NCBI GenBank assembly: GCA_902526175.1
Contig: CABZJY010000004.1
Location: forward strand, 64,174-128,173
Reading direction: 5' to 3'
DNA from: an uncultured Alphaproteobacteria bacterium
GTDB lineage: Bacteria > Pseudomonadota > Alphaproteobacteria > Methylaequorales > Methylaequoraceae
DNA: 64,000 nucleotides
Positions within the stretch are counted from its first letter, which is position 1. Each line of letters opens with the position of its first letter. The notes beneath the pieces are model-generated. The model did not search any database. It saw only the letters and a program-made list of their open reading frames with translations, and had not been told where the DNA came from. Positions 29,410 through 40,688 of this stretch are shown piece after piece. A program made the translations under genes and the position numbers.

Positions 29410-29952
29410 TTATTTTATAAGCTCAGTAACCTTTTTGAAATGATCGCTTTTTGAGTTTTCTAAAAGCTCAAAAACGATCATTTCGGTTGTTACAATATTT
29501 ACACCATTTTTAGCCAGTCTGCTGATAGCTCTGTCATGATCTACAGTGTTCCTCGATCCAACAGCGTCTGACACGACAAATGGATTATATTTCTCTATCA
29601 AAAGATCTGCTGCAGTTTGTAAAATACATATATGTGTTTCTATACCACAAATTATAACTTGAGTTTTTTTTTTTTTATTAATTTCATTTAATACAACTTT
29701 TTCTTTAATGCAGGAAAATGACGTCTTTTGAATATAATCTTCTCTTGAAATTTCACTTTGTAGTATTGAGTGCGAGCTACCTAGACCCTTTGGATATTGT
29801 TCTGTCACAACAATAGGAAGATTAAGTGTTTTAAAAGATTTTATTAGTATATCAGTATTCCTTAATAAATTAAACTTGCATTCTATTTTAGATAATAGTT
29901 TATCTTGTAAGTCTACAACAAGTAATAAACAATCATTTTTACTAACAAGCAT
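29410..29952 (-). CDS. isochorismatase-family hydrolase
   Basis: 180 aa with LLVVDLQ near the N-terminus and ICGIETHICILQTA (catalytic Cys region). Confidence 0.8.
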   Translation of the reverse strand: MLVSKNDCLLLVVDLQDKLLSKIECKFNLLRNTDILIKSFKTLNLPIVVTEQYPKGLGSSHSILQSEISREDYIQKTSFSCIKEKVVLNEINKKKKTQVIICGIETHICILQTAADLLIEKYNPFVVSDAVGSRNTVDHDRAISRLAKNGVNIVTTEMIVFELLENSKSDHFKKVTELIK

Positions 29953-30491
29953 TAGTATAAAACAGTTTCAATTTCTTTTTTCAAGCTTTCTGACGTTGGA
30001 CTGGTCATTGAAGAATACCAGTTAACTATTTCACCCTTTTTGTTTATTAAATATTTGTGAAAATTCCACCTCGGCGTACCTATCATAGAAACATTATCAG
30101 ATATCCATTTGTATAATGGATGAGCATTATCACCCCTAACATGCATAATTTTTGTAAGGGGAAAATTTACACCATATCTAATTTCGCAAAACTCTTTTAC
30201 ATCGGTGTCTTTTGAAAATTCTTGATTAAAATCGTTAGATGGGACACCAAGAACTATCAATCCGTCATCTTTATATCTATCATAGAGCTTTTGCAGACCA
30301 GCGTATTGAGGTGTAAAACCACATTTCGAAGCAGTATTTACAAGTAATACGACTTTATCTTTATAAGCAGATAGCTTAACTTCTTTACCTTCGATAGATT
30401 CAACACTAAAATCATGAAAAGAAGTTTCTGAAGAAAATGAACTAGTAGAAAAAAACATAAATAATAAAAAAACAACTATATTTTTCATCAA
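29952..30491 (-). CDS. glutathione peroxidase (Cys-type, signal peptide)
   Basis: NTASKCGFTPQY active site with a Cys codon, plus the WNFHKYLI motif. Confidence 0.9.
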   Translation of the reverse strand: MMKNIVVFLLFMFFSTSSFSSETSFHDFSVESIEGKEVKLSAYKDKVVLLVNTASKCGFTPQYAGLQKLYDRYKDDGLIVLGVPSNDFNQEFSKDTDVKEFCEIRYGVNFPLTKIMHVRGDNAHPLYKWISDNVSMIGTPRWNFHKYLINKKGEIVNWYSSMTSPTSESLKKEIETVLY

Positions 30492-30534
30492 ATTAATATA
30501 ATAATTATTTATTAAAAAAAAAAGATTTATTTAC

Positions 30535-30972
30535 ATGTTTTTCAAAATTATTTCTAAGGTAAAATTATTATTTTTATTTATTTTTTTAGTATCTTGTACT
30601 GGTGAAACTCTAATTCCAATAAAAGGTCCTGAAACAGAAGGAGTTCCAGAGCTAAATTTTGCGCAATTCGACGATATTCCTATTCCAATCGGCTCTACCT
30701 TAGATCAGAAAAATTCAATTATAATCTCAAAAAAAGAAGCATGGTTAGGTAGACTGACTTTCGAGTCAAATAAATCTCAATTAGAGGTATTTGATTTTTT
30801 TAGAAATGAGCTTCCTAAATTTGATTGGAAAAAACTATCTGAAGTTAGAGCGGATTCAAGTTTACTTAACTATACAAATAATCAAAGAATTGCATCTATC
30901 TTAATTGATTCAAAAACACTGCTAGGGTCAGTTGTAAGAATAACTGTTACTGAAATGGATACTTCTCCTTGA
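30535..30972 (+). CDS. hypothetical lipoprotein
   Basis: Lipobox-like FLVSC after a hydrophobic leader. No family recognised. Confidence 0.5.
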   Translation: MFFKIISKVKLLFLFIFLVSCTGETLIPIKGPETEGVPELNFAQFDDIPIPIGSTLDQKNSIIISKKEAWLGRLTFESNKSQLEVFDFFRNELPKFDWKKLSEVRADSSLLNYTNNQRIASILIDSKTLLGSVVRITVTEMDTSP

Positions 30973-31104
30973 AATAATCATCAGTCACTGGATAATTTTC
31001 CAGAGTTTCACGATTTCACTATTTGTATCACCTTAAATTTATTTTATCATTGATTTTGGAAAATCTACTGCCTTGCTATTAAATCTATAAGATTTACCAT
31101 GTTA

Positions 31105-31192
31105 TGGTGCGGTCGAGAAGACTTGAACTTCCACGAGATATTATCTCACAACGACCTCAACGTTGCGCGTCTACCAATTCCGCCACGACCGC
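31105..31192 (-). tRNA. tRNA-Leu (anticodon GAG), long variable arm
   Basis: Hand-folded. Acceptor GCGGTCG/CGACCGC, anticodon stem CAACG/CGTTG with loop TTGAGGT, T-arm GGAAG-TTCAAGT-CTTCT, encoded CCA. Confidence 0.9.
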
Positions 31193-31194
31193 AA

Positions 31195-33183
31195 TTATTC
31201 AAATTCAATTATATTCTGATCAACAATTAGACTATCACCAACTTTAGAAAAAATTTCTTTAACTATTGCATCTTTTTCAGCTTTTAAAATATTTTCCATC
31301 TTCATTGCCTCCACTACAGCCAAAGCCTCTCCAGCTTGAACTTTTTGTCCTTCTTTTACCATGACCGAAACAAGCAATCCTGGCATCGGTGACATTAAAA
31401 ACTTTGAGGTATCTTTTTCTTTCCTCTTTAACATCAAAGCATTTAACTCTGAATGTCTATTTGATAATACAATTAAATTATACTTGTTACCATGGTGAGA
31501 TACAGAATAGTAAGGACCATTTCTTGAGATTTCAAAATATAGTAATTTATTTTCAATTAAAGCTGCAACTAGAGGAAAACCTATTTGCCAATCACTTTTT
31601 ATCTTAAAATATTTTTTATTCAAAATAATATCATAATTTTTATTGTATGAATTATAAGTTATTTTAGTAATATGTTTTTCATCTTCTGTAATAACATTCC
31701 AATCGTTTGGAATTAATCTTTGGAACCCTTTAACCTGATTAGATATAGATGCTGCACGCAGCAAATATTTATAGTGAATAAACGTAGCTATAAGTATTAC
31801 TTCATCAATTAATTTGTTATCCTTATTTTCTGAGTCATAGCCTTCTGGATAAAATTCAGAAATAAAATTTGTAGAAAAGTCTGCTTTTTTAAATGAATGA
31901 TTTTGAACAATATTTGATAAGAAATCTTTATTTGTATTTACACCATTAATCAAATATCTATCTAACGCCATTGTCATCAGGTTTATTGACTTTTCTCGGT
32001 TTTCACTATGTATACATAATTTTGAGATCATTGGATCATAATACATACTGATCTCTGATCCCTCTACAACACCTGAATCAAGTCTTATATTTTTTCCAAC
32101 AGGTTCAATATATCTAGTTAATCTTCCGATAGACGGCAAAAAATTTCTTTTTGAATCCTCAGCATATATTCTTGCTTCAATAGCCGCACCATTAAATTGA
32201 ACATCTTTTTGATTAATCGGTAATTTTTCATCTGCTGATATTCTTATCATTAATTCAACAATATCTAGACCGGTTATTAATTCTGTCACGGGATGTTCTA
32301 CCTGTAGTCTTGTATTCATCTCTAAAAAATAGAAATTCTTAGAGTCATCAACAACAAATTCAACAGTACCTGCGGAAAAATAGCCCACCAACTTTGATAA
32401 ATTAATTGCTTGTTCAGCCATTGACTCTCTTAAATTAACATCCACAAACGGACTTGGTGCTTCTTCGATAACTTTCTGGTGTCTTCTCTGAATTGAACAT
32501 TCTCTCTCTCCTAAATGAATGTAATTACCAAATTTATCTCCTAGTACTTGTATCTCTATATGTCTGGGATTTTGAATATATTTTTCAATAAATACTCGTT
32601 CATCACCAAAACTAGATCTAGCTTCATTTATAGCTGAGTTATAACTTTGTTCTAAATCTTTTTCTTTGAAAACAACACGCATTCCCTTACCACCTCCTCC
32701 AGCAGATGCTTTAATAATTACAGGATAACCAATAACTTTTGCTTCTTTTTTTGCATCATTAATATTTTTAATACTATCGAGGTTTCCAGGGATAATTGAA
32801 ACATTTGCTTCCTTAGCAATTTTTTTTGACCTTATTTTATCACCCATAATTGAAATAGCATCTAGTGGTGGACCTATAAATACTTTTCCAATATTTTCAA
32901 TTTTTTCAGCAAAATCTCTATTTTCAGATAAAAAACCATAACCAGGGTGCACTGCATCTGAATTTGTTTTTTTGACAGCATCAATTATTTTATTTATATC
33001 TAAATAACTCTCTTGGGATGTAAGACCACCAATATTTATACTTTCATCTGCATGCATTACATGAGTTGAATTATTGTCTGCTTCTGAATGTATAGCAACT
33101 GTTTTAATTCCCATCTTTCTAGCCGTTTTAATAACACGACATGCAATTTCTCCTCTATTAGCTATTAGAATTTTAGAAAACAT
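31195..33183 (-). CDS. pccA: propionyl-CoA (acyl-CoA) carboxylase alpha subunit (biotin carboxylase + BCCP)
   Basis: 662 aa with an N-terminal biotin carboxylase (KILIANRGEIA, GGGGKGM) and a C-terminal EAMKMEN biotinylation motif. Confidence 0.9.
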   Translation of the reverse strand: MFSKILIANRGEIACRVIKTARKMGIKTVAIHSEADNNSTHVMHADESINIGGLTSQESYLDINKIIDAVKKTNSDAVHPGYGFLSENRDFAEKIENIGKVFIGPPLDAISIMGDKIRSKKIAKEANVSIIPGNLDSIKNINDAKKEAKVIGYPVIIKASAGGGGKGMRVVFKEKDLEQSYNSAINEARSSFGDERVFIEKYIQNPRHIEIQVLGDKFGNYIHLGERECSIQRRHQKVIEEAPSPFVDVNLRESMAEQAINLSKLVGYFSAGTVEFVVDDSKNFYFLEMNTRLQVEHPVTELITGLDIVELMIRISADEKLPINQKDVQFNGAAIEARIYAEDSKRNFLPSIGRLTRYIEPVGKNIRLDSGVVEGSEISMYYDPMISKLCIHSENREKSINLMTMALDRYLINGVNTNKDFLSNIVQNHSFKKADFSTNFISEFYPEGYDSENKDNKLIDEVILIATFIHYKYLLRAASISNQVKGFQRLIPNDWNVITEDEKHITKITYNSYNKNYDIILNKKYFKIKSDWQIGFPLVAALIENKLLYFEISRNGPYYSVSHHGNKYNLIVLSNRHSELNALMLKRKEKDTSKFLMSPMPGLLVSVMVKEGQKVQAGEALAVVEAMKMENILKAEKDAIVKEIFSKVGDSLIVDQNIIEFE

Positions 33184-33196
33184 TTATTTCTCAAAA

Positions 33197-34729
33197 TCAA
33201 AGGGGTATGTTGTCATGTTTTTTCCAGGGATTTGAAAGTTTTTTATTCCTCAACATTTCAAGTGATCTACAAATTCTTTTCCTAGTTGTACTTGGAATTA
33301 TTACATCATCAATAAATCCTCTACTACCAGCAATAAATGGATTCGCGAATCTATCCCTATACTCGTTAGTTTTTTTGTCTATTTTTTCTTTATCACCAAT
33401 ATCATTTCTAAAGATTATCTCAACAGCACCCTTTGGTCCCATTACAGCAATTTCAGCATGTGGCCAAGCAAAACTAACATCACCTCTTAAATGTTTAGAA
33501 CTCATAACATCATAAGCACCTCCATAAGCTTTTCTTGTTATTATTGTAATTTTAGGAACTGTTGCTTCAGCAAAGGCAAAGAGTAGTTTTGCTCCATGCT
33601 TTATTATCCCGTTATATTCTTGTGATGTGCCAGGTAGAAATCCTGGAACATCAACAAATGTTATAATTGGTATATTAAAACAATCACAAAATCTGACAAA
33701 TCTAGCTGCTTTTCTAGAAGAATTATTATCAAGACAACCTGCTAGGACCATTGGTTGATTTGCGACAATCCCAACAGGTGAACCAGTCATTCTTCCAAAA
33801 CCTGTAAGAATATTAGGCGCATATTCAGGTTGCAATTCAAAAAAATCCCTATCGTCTACAACCTTAGTAATTAATTCTTTCATATCATATGGTTGATTTG
33901 TATTGTTTGGTACTAAAGTATTTAAAGAATTTTCAAGTCTGTCAGCCGGATCTTCGGATACTCTATTAGGTGGCATCTCTTTATTCGATGAAGGTAAAAA
34001 TCCCATAAATCTTCTTAATTGAAACAATGCTTCTATGTCATTTTCAAATGCTAGATCGGCAACTCCAGACTTTTGAGTATGTGTGGATGCACCTCCTAGT
34101 TCTTCGTGACTCACTTCTTCATGTGTTACTGTTTTTACTACATCCGGTCCAGTAACAAACATGTATGACGAATCTCTTACCATGAAAATAAAATCTGTCA
34201 TTGCAGGGCTATAAACAGCTCCTCCAGCGCAAGGACCCATAATAACTGAAATTTGTGGAATAACTCCAGAAGACAACACATTTCTTTGAAAAACTTCAGC
34301 GTAACCAGCAAGAGATGCAACTCCTTCTTGTATTCTTGCACCACCCGAATCGTTTAAACCTATTACAGGAGCACCGACCTGAAGTGCTTTATCCATTATT
34401 TTGCAAATTTTCTCGGCATGCGATTCAGAAAGTGATCCACCAAATACTGTAAAATCTTGACTAAAAACAAAGGTTAGTTTCCCATTGATAGTTCCATAAC
34501 CAGTTACAACACCATCTCCCGGTATTTTTTGCTTATCCATTTCAAATTCAGAACATCTGTGTTCAACAAACATATCCCATTCTTCGAATGTCCCTGGATC
34601 CAATAAAACTTCTATTCTTTCTCTTGCAGTTAATTTTCCTTTTTTATGTTGAGAATCTGTTCTCTTCTTCCCACCACCATCTATAGCTAGTTTTCTTTTT
34701 TCATCTAATTTTTTTAATATATCATGCAT
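33197..34729 (-). CDS. pccB: propionyl-CoA carboxylase beta subunit (carboxyltransferase)
   Basis: 510 aa, a typical PccB/MmdA-type sequence ([17 protein letters not shown]). Confidence 0.9.
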   Translation of the reverse strand: MHDILKKLDEKRKLAIDGGGKKRTDSQHKKGKLTARERIEVLLDPGTFEEWDMFVEHRCSEFEMDKQKIPGDGVVTGYGTINGKLTFVFSQDFTVFGGSLSESHAEKICKIMDKALQVGAPVIGLNDSGGARIQEGVASLAGYAEVFQRNVLSSGVIPQISVIMGPCAGGAVYSPAMTDFIFMVRDSSYMFVTGPDVVKTVTHEEVSHEELGGASTHTQKSGVADLAFENDIEALFQLRRFMGFLPSSNKEMPPNRVSEDPADRLENSLNTLVPNNTNQPYDMKELITKVVDDRDFFELQPEYAPNILTGFGRMTGSPVGIVANQPMVLAGCLDNNSSRKAARFVRFCDCFNIPIITFVDVPGFLPGTSQEYNGIIKHGAKLLFAFAEATVPKITIITRKAYGGAYDVMSSKHLRGDVSFAWPHAEIAVMGPKGAVEIIFRNDIGDKEKIDKKTNEYRDRFANPFIAGSRGFIDDVIIPSTTRKRICRSLEMLRNKKLSNPWKKHDNIPL

Positions 34730-34766
34730 TGTATTCTCTCATTATTGAATAGGTATTATAAAGCAA

Positions 34767-35438
34767 TTAAGGCAATAAATTAAAGAATTTTGAAATATTT
34801 TTAATATTTTTTTTTCTTTCATTAATGGAATTATTTAACTCATCACTTATTTTTTTTTTATCTAAATTGTAAATAAATTCTATATTAGAAAGTTCATAAA
34901 ACATTTGGTAACTGATTAATTTTGAAAAAAAAAAATAGCTTAAAATTGGCGAAGATTCAAGTTTACTTAATTTATACAAAACCGTTAACATATCATTATT
35001 TAAGCTTTCCAAAAATTTTTTAAATTTGCTAACTTTTAGATTTTTCTGATGAAATAATCTTTTTGATGATGTTTTAAAGTTAATCTCAAATTGATCTTCG
35101 AAACTCGAAATATACTTTTTTAATTTTGTATCCATAATTTTGTTAATTTTTGGGTTATCAGTTCTATAAAGAATTTCATCAAAGTTTAATTGGTATAGAA
35201 TTTCATTTATGATTTTTTTTCTATCAGTTTTACTTAAATTCTCTACGAAACATATAATTTGTATGATTTCATCACTAAGTTCACTTTTGTTAATTGAATT
35301 TAATCTATTGACTACTGTCTGAATAAAATCTCTTGACGATGAAAGTATTTTTTTATTGTTACCTAATTTTAAAATTTCATTGTATTTTAAAATTATAAAG
35401 TTTGTTTTTACTTTTTTAAAACCAAATATTGTTGTCAT
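34767..35438 (-). CDS. hypothetical protein, possibly ATP12-family F1-ATPase assembly chaperone
   Basis: The size, its position after rluC and a by-eye alignment to the alphaproteobacterial ATP12 pattern (..ILKYNEILKLGNNKKIL.. / ..DEILYRTDNP..) support this. Start chosen at the second ATG. Confidence 0.4.
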   Translation of the reverse strand: MTTIFGFKKVKTNFIILKYNEILKLGNNKKILSSSRDFIQTVVNRLNSINKSELSDEIIQIICFVENLSKTDRKKIINEILYQLNFDEILYRTDNPKINKIMDTKLKKYISSFEDQFEINFKTSSKRLFHQKNLKVSKFKKFLESLNNDMLTVLYKLSKLESSPILSYFFFSKLISYQMFYELSNIEFIYNLDKKKISDELNNSINERKKNIKNISKFFNLLP

Positions 35439-36366
35439 AAAATACTTTTTTAAAATCCAGATTTTGAAATTCATAGTCTAAATTAAAATTAACTAAATTT
35501 CTTTTCATATGATCAGGTATTTCGGCATGGAAAAACTTTTCAATACCATTTATATTTTTAAAATTAACTAAAAAAGCATGCAAATTTAAATCATATTTTC
35601 CAATTTTACTTTCTTCATATTTATATTTCCTATCACCAACGATTGGGTGTTTAATCGAATACAAATGTTTTCTTATTTGATGTTTTCTGCCAGTGGTTGG
35701 GAAGATTAATAACAAAGAATATAACTTATTTTTTAACAATGTTTTGTAATTTGTGCATGCATCATAAATTTTTCTATTTGTTTCTATATCAACATTAATT
35801 TTACCTGTTTTTAACTTAGACTCCCCATAAACAATTGCCAGATAAACTTTTTTAATCATTCTTTTTTTAAATAAGTCTGTATAAAAATTTGCGTAATTTT
35901 TTGTTCTAGCAACAATAAGCAGGCCTGAAGTATCTTTATCCAACCTATGAACAAGTCTTGGTCTTTCTTTTTTTTCAAATTTTAAAGCTTGCAAAATATT
36001 GTCAATACTTGTTTTTACTTTACTTCCGCCTTGAACAGCCAGACCATTAGGTTTATTTATAACTATAACTTCATTATCTTTATACAAAATAAGGCTTTTT
36101 ATCTTTTCTTCTAAAAATTTATCGATCTTAACTTTATGCTCAAGTTTATTTTGTTTCAAAAGTGTAGGAATTTTTATTTTATCATTAAGTTTTAATATAT
36201 GATTAGTCTCGCATCTAGAGCCGTTAACTCTTATATTACCTTTCCTCACAAGCTTACATAAAAGGGTATACGGGTAGTCAGGGTAGAATTTTTTTAACCA
36301 GCCAATTAATTTTGAATCATTAAACTCATCAGTAATAATTCTTATGAATTTATTACTAGGATTCAT
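35416..36366 (-). CDS. rluC: RluA-family 23S rRNA pseudouridine synthase (RluC/D-like) with S4 domain
   Basis: HRLDKDTSGLLIVA catalytic Asp motif, plus an N-terminal S4-like segment. Confidence 0.85.
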   Translation of the reverse strand: MNPSNKFIRIITDEFNDSKLIGWLKKFYPDYPYTLLCKLVRKGNIRVNGSRCETNHILKLNDKIKIPTLLKQNKLEHKVKIDKFLEEKIKSLILYKDNEVIVINKPNGLAVQGGSKVKTSIDNILQALKFEKKERPRLVHRLDKDTSGLLIVARTKNYANFYTDLFKKRMIKKVYLAIVYGESKLKTGKINVDIETNRKIYDACTNYKTLLKNKLYSLLLIFPTTGRKHQIRKHLYSIKHPIVGDRKYKYEESKIGKYDLNLHAFLVNFKNINGIEKFFHAEIPDHMKRNLVNFNLDYEFQNLDFKKVFYDNNIWF

Positions 36367-36372
36367 TTTAGC

Positions 36373-36882
36373 CTATTTGGTTTGATCCTTATTTTCTTTT
36401 TTTTTTTCTTCTTTGATATTTGGTAAGTCAGATGATGAATCATCAATTGTTGGAACAGGTTTTCCTGATTTAGTATTTTCTAATTCTTTTATTCTCTCCC
36501 TATCTTTAAGACCTTTTGCTTCTTTATCCCTATTAAGAAACTCTATAATCGCCATTGGTGATGAATCACCATATCTGAAACCCGATTTAATTATTCTAGT
36601 ATATCCTCCAGGTCTTTTTTGATATCTTTTTGATAATACGCTAAAAACTTTTTTAACACTTTCTTTATCTCTAAGAATGGAGAAAACTCTTCTTTTTGAA
36701 TGCAAATTATTATTTTTACCAATGGATATGATTTTCTCAATAAAAGGTCTTAAGTCTTTTGCCTTAAAGAGAGTTGTCTTTATTTGCTCATTTCTAATTA
36801 ACGAATTAGATAGATTCACAAACATTGACTTTCTGTGACTAGACTTTCTGTTAAACTTTCTTCCTGAAATTGCATGTCTCAT
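36373..36882 (-). CDS. rplQ: 50S ribosomal protein L17 (with acidic/basic C-terminal tail)
   Basis: MRHAISGRKFNRKSSHR start; conserved operon position. Confidence 0.95.
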   Translation of the reverse strand: MRHAISGRKFNRKSSHRKSMFVNLSNSLIRNEQIKTTLFKAKDLRPFIEKIISIGKNNNLHSKRRVFSILRDKESVKKVFSVLSKRYQKRPGGYTRIIKSGFRYGDSSPMAIIEFLNRDKEAKGLKDRERIKELENTKSGKPVPTIDDSSSDLPNIKEEKKKENKDQTK

Positions 36883-36890
36883 GGGTAACT

Positions 36891-37907
36891 CTAATAAGGT
36901 TCTTCAAGTTTTCTTCTAATATCTTCAATATTTTCTGGAGGCCATCCCTCAATTTTCATACCAAGTTCTAGAGACATTGAAGTTAAAACTTCTTTAATTT
37001 CATTTAGAGATTTTCTTCCAAAATTTGGTGTTCTCAACATTTCAGACTCAGATTTTTGTACTAGGTCACCAATATAAACAATTTCATCATTTTTTAGACA
37101 GTTTGCAGATCTTACAGATAATTCTAATTCTTCAACTTTTCTTAATAAATTAATATTTAAACTTGATTCCTCAGGAACAACAACGTCCTTTTCCTCTTCA
37201 GGTTCATCAAAGTTAATAAACATTTTTAATTGTTCATCTATAATCCTTGCAGCATAAGCAACAGAATCTTCAGGTACAACAGAACCGTTTGTTTCAATGT
37301 CCATTATTAATTTATCATAATTTGTAACCTGTCCAACTCTAGAATTTTCAACTTTATAAGAAACCCTTTTTACAGGTGAAAAAAAAGAATCTATTGCTAT
37401 TGTTCCCAAAGGCATTTCGTCAGCTGCATTTGAAACAGCAGGAACGAAACCTTTTCCCTCAGAAACATGCATAGTTATATTTACAGTGGCTTTTGTATCA
37501 GTTGTGCATATATGCAAATCTTTATTTAATATCTCAACATGCGCTCCACAGTCAATATCAGCAGCAGTAAGTTTTTTAGCTCCAGATGAACGCAAATAGA
37601 TCTTAGTACTTTCAACATCGTTTAACTTAATTGCTAACTGTTTAATGTTGAGTATTATTTCTGTTACATCTTCAATTACACCTGGTATTGATGTAAATTC
37701 GTGAGTAACTCCTTCAATCATTATAGAGGTAACTGCAGCTCCTCTTATTGAAGAAAGAAGGACTCTTCTTAGCATATTTCCAAGTGTTTGTCCGTAACCA
37801 CTTTCGAGAGGTTCTGCAACAAGCTGTGCAGAAGTTAAATTATTTTTATTTTTTTCAAAAATAATTTTTTTTGGTTTTATAAGCTCTTTCCAATTTTTGT
37901 TTATCAC
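36891..37907 (-). CDS. rpoA: DNA-directed RNA polymerase alpha subunit
   Basis: 338 aa with [11 protein letters not shown] and a C-terminal domain [12 protein letters not shown]. Confidence 0.97.
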   Translation of the reverse strand: MINKNWKELIKPKKIIFEKNKNNLTSAQLVAEPLESGYGQTLGNMLRRVLLSSIRGAAVTSIMIEGVTHEFTSIPGVIEDVTEIILNIKQLAIKLNDVESTKIYLRSSGAKKLTAADIDCGAHVEILNKDLHICTTDTKATVNITMHVSEGKGFVPAVSNAADEMPLGTIAIDSFFSPVKRVSYKVENSRVGQVTNYDKLIMDIETNGSVVPEDSVAYAARIIDEQLKMFINFDEPEEEKDVVVPEESSLNINLLRKVEELELSVRSANCLKNDEIVYIGDLVQKSESEMLRTPNFGRKSLNEIKEVLTSMSLELGMKIEGWPPENIEDIRRKLEEPY

Positions 37908-37939
37908 TCTTATACTTCCTTAAAATTTAAAGTTAATAT

Positions 37940-38329
37940 TTAAACCCTTCTTCTTTTGGGTGGTCTGCAACCATTATGTGGTATTGGTGTTATATCCTTT
38001 ATAATTGTAATATTTAAACCTGCTGAACCAAGCGCTCTAATAGCAGATTCCCTTCCAGCTCCAGGCCCTTTTATTATCACTTCAACGTTCTTCATACCAT
38101 GTTCCATAGCTTTTTTACCTGCCTCCTCCGCTGCAAGTTGTGCTGCAAAAGGGGTTGATTTTCTTGAACCTTTAAAACCTTTATTACCTGAGGAAGACCA
38201 AGAAACGGTATTCCCATTTAAGTCAGTAATTGTTATTATGGTATTGTTAAAAGAGGAGTTGATGTAAGCAATTCCAGCAGGAACATTTTTTTTTGCTTTT
38301 TTTTTTGTTTTCTGATTTTTGGCTACCAT
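37940..38329 (-). CDS. rpsK: 30S ribosomal protein S11
   Basis: Conserved sequence and operon position. Confidence 0.97.
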   Translation of the reverse strand: MVAKNQKTKKKAKKNVPAGIAYINSSFNNTIITITDLNGNTVSWSSSGNKGFKGSRKSTPFAAQLAAEEAGKKAMEHGMKNVEVIIKGPGAGRESAIRALGSAGLNITIIKDITPIPHNGCRPPKRRRV

Positions 38330-38333
38330 TTAG

Positions 38334-38708
38334 TTAAACCGCTTTTTTCTTTCCAGCTATTGGTATAGCTTTACCTTTTCTAGTCCTAGCATTTGTATGT
38401 GTTCTCTGCCCCCTAACTGGAAGCTTATTTCTGTGCCTTAAACCTCTGTAGCAACCTAGATCAGTTAATCTCTTAATATTTGTGGAAACTTGACGCCTTA
38501 AGTCACCTTCAACGGAATAATTACCGTCTATGTATTCTCTTATTTTAATTACTTCTGACTCGTTTAATTGATTAACCCTTTTATTTTTATCAACATTTAC
38601 AGATTCACAAATCACTTTAGAAAACTTAGGTCCTATACCATAAATATATGTTAATGCTATTTCTAATCTTTTGGATGAAGGTATATTTACACCAGCAATT
38701 CTTGCCAC
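38334..38708 (-). CDS. rpsM: 30S ribosomal protein S13
   Basis: [10 protein letters not shown] start; operon position. Confidence 0.97.
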   Translation of the reverse strand: MARIAGVNIPSSKRLEIALTYIYGIGPKFSKVICESVNVDKNKRVNQLNESEVIKIREYIDGNYSVEGDLRRQVSTNIKRLTDLGCYRGLRHRNKLPVRGQRTHTNARTRKGKAIPIAGKKKAV

Positions 38709-38770
38709 CAGACTCTCCCTAAAGTAAATGAGAAATTGGAATTATAGTTTTTTTTGTTTTCAAGTCAATC

Positions 38771-39346
38771 TTAATTTGTAATTATTGTATTAATTTTTTT
38801 GCTAATCGATTCTATAGAATCCATCCCATTAATCTTAGTCAACTTATTTTGGTTAGTATAGTATTGCACTAACGGCATTGTCACACTTTTGTAAGTCTCT
38901 ACTCTTTTTGTTAGTGTATTAATATTATCATCCTGCCTTACATTCTCATTACCTGCTTCTTTAATCCTCTTTTCAATTCTTTGCTCTAAAATATCCAGTT
39001 TTACATCCAACAAAACTACAAAATCTATTTTAATTTTTTTTTCTAAAAAGGCTTCATCAAGTTTCTCTGCCTGATTTAAATTTCTTGGGAATCCATCAAA
39101 AATAAAATTCTTTCCATAGTTATTGGTTATCTCATCAAGTATCATTTTAATTACAACATTATCAGGGACTAAGTCACCTTTTTTCATAATATTGTTAATT
39201 TCGTTTCCAAAAGAAGTTTTCGTGTCAGCTGTTCTTCTTAATAAATCACCGGTTGATATTTGTAAAAACCCCTTTTCCTCAACTAAAATTTTTGATTGGG
39301 TGCCTTTACCACAACCTGGAGGACCAAGTAAGATTATATTTGTCAT
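38771..39346 (-). CDS. adk: adenylate kinase
   Basis: P-loop GPPGCGKGT, short lid type, positioned between secY and rpsM. Confidence 0.95.
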   Translation of the reverse strand: MTNIILLGPPGCGKGTQSKILVEEKGFLQISTGDLLRRTADTKTSFGNEINNIMKKGDLVPDNVVIKMILDEITNNYGKNFIFDGFPRNLNQAEKLDEAFLEKKIKIDFVVLLDVKLDILEQRIEKRIKEAGNENVRQDDNINTLTKRVETYKSVTMPLVQYYTNQNKLTKINGMDSIESISKKINTIITN

Positions 39347-40686
39347 CTCCTTCTACTTCTTAAATTAGATTTTTTTATCAAGCCTTCATATTGATGAGCC
39401 AGTAAATATGACTGAATTTGAGTCACGGTGTCCATTGTAACACTCACAACAATTAGTAAACTTGTGCCACCAAAGTAAAAAGGAACACTGTATTTTGAAA
39501 TAAGTAGTTCAGGTAACAAACATACCGCAGAAAGATATAGTGCCCCGACAACTGTTAACCTAGTCAAAACAAAATCTAAATAATTAGCCGTATTTTCTCC
39601 AGGTCTAATACCTGGAACGAAGCCCCCATATTTTTTTAAATTTTCAGCAGTATCTTTTGGATTAAAGACAATAGCTGTGTAAAAGAAGGCAAAAAATACA
39701 ATTAGCCCGATATAAAGAGACAAATATACTGGATGACCTCTACTTAAAAAAATACTTAATGTATTTAACCATTCCGGACCAGATCCAGAATTGAAACTAA
39801 CAAAAGTGACCGGCAATAGTAATAAAGAACTTGCGAATATAGGAGGTATTACACCTGATGTATTTATTTTTAATGGCAAATGACTTGATTCAGCCATTCT
39901 ACCCCCTGAACCTGTTTGACGTTTAGGATATTGTATTAAAATACGTCTTTGAGCTCTTTCAATAAAAACCATAAAAGCTATTACTGAAACTGACATGATC
40001 AATAAAAAAATTATAAAAATAGTCGATAATGCTCCGGTACGCCCCAACTCAAATGTTGTACTCAACGCTGCTGGAAGCTGAGAAACTATGCCAGTAAAAA
40101 TTATTAAGGATATTCCATTACCAATTCCTCTTTGAGTTACTTGTTCTCCTAGCCACATCAAAAACAATGTACCACTTACTAAAGTTATAACTGTAATAAA
40201 TCTAAAGTACAAACCAGGGTTAGTCACAGCGCTGACTCCTTGCGATGTCATATTTTCAATTCCAACTGCTACACCATAACCTTGAACCGTTGCTAAGATA
40301 ACCGTTCCATATCTGGCGTATTGGTTAATTTTCTTTCTGCCACTTTCTCCTTCCTTTTTTAACTGTTCCAATTGTGGCGAAATCACGGTTAATAGCTGCA
40401 TTATTATACTGGCAGAAATATAAGGCATAATATTTAGTGCAAAAATAGTCATTCTCCCAAGCGCACCCCCAGCAAACATATCAAACATTCCTAATATTCC
40501 ACCAACATTCTGATTAAAAATATCTTTAAGAGAGGCAGGATCTATCATAGGTATTGGTATGTAAGTCCCAATCCTATATACAATCAATGCAACTAGTGTA
40601 AACCAAATTCTTTTCTTAAGATCCTCAGCTTGTGCAATTGAACTGAGATTTATATTTGAAGCTAATTGTTCGGCAGCAGAAACCAT
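39343..40686 (-). CDS. secY: preprotein translocase subunit SecY
   Basis: 447 aa, 10-TM pattern, operon position. Confidence 0.97.
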   Translation of the reverse strand: MVSAAEQLASNINLSSIAQAEDLKKRIWFTLVALIVYRIGTYIPIPMIDPASLKDIFNQNVGGILGMFDMFAGGALGRMTIFALNIMPYISASIIMQLLTVISPQLEQLKKEGESGRKKINQYARYGTVILATVQGYGVAVGIENMTSQGVSAVTNPGLYFRFITVITLVSGTLFLMWLGEQVTQRGIGNGISLIIFTGIVSQLPAALSTTFELGRTGALSTIFIIFLLIMSVSVIAFMVFIERAQRRILIQYPKRQTGSGGRMAESSHLPLKINTSGVIPPIFASSLLLLPVTFVSFNSGSGPEWLNTLSIFLSRGHPVYLSLYIGLIVFFAFFYTAIVFNPKDTAENLKKYGGFVPGIRPGENTANYLDFVLTRLTVVGALYLSAVCLLPELLISKYSVPFYFGGTSLLIVVSVTMDTVTQIQSYLLAHQYEGLIKKSNLRSRRR

Positions 40687-40688
40687 AT

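Noticed and set aside
29952-30491. Possible selenocysteine in glutathione peroxidase.
   Set aside because: The active-site residue is an ordinary Cys codon within an uninterrupted ORF, with no in-frame TGA.
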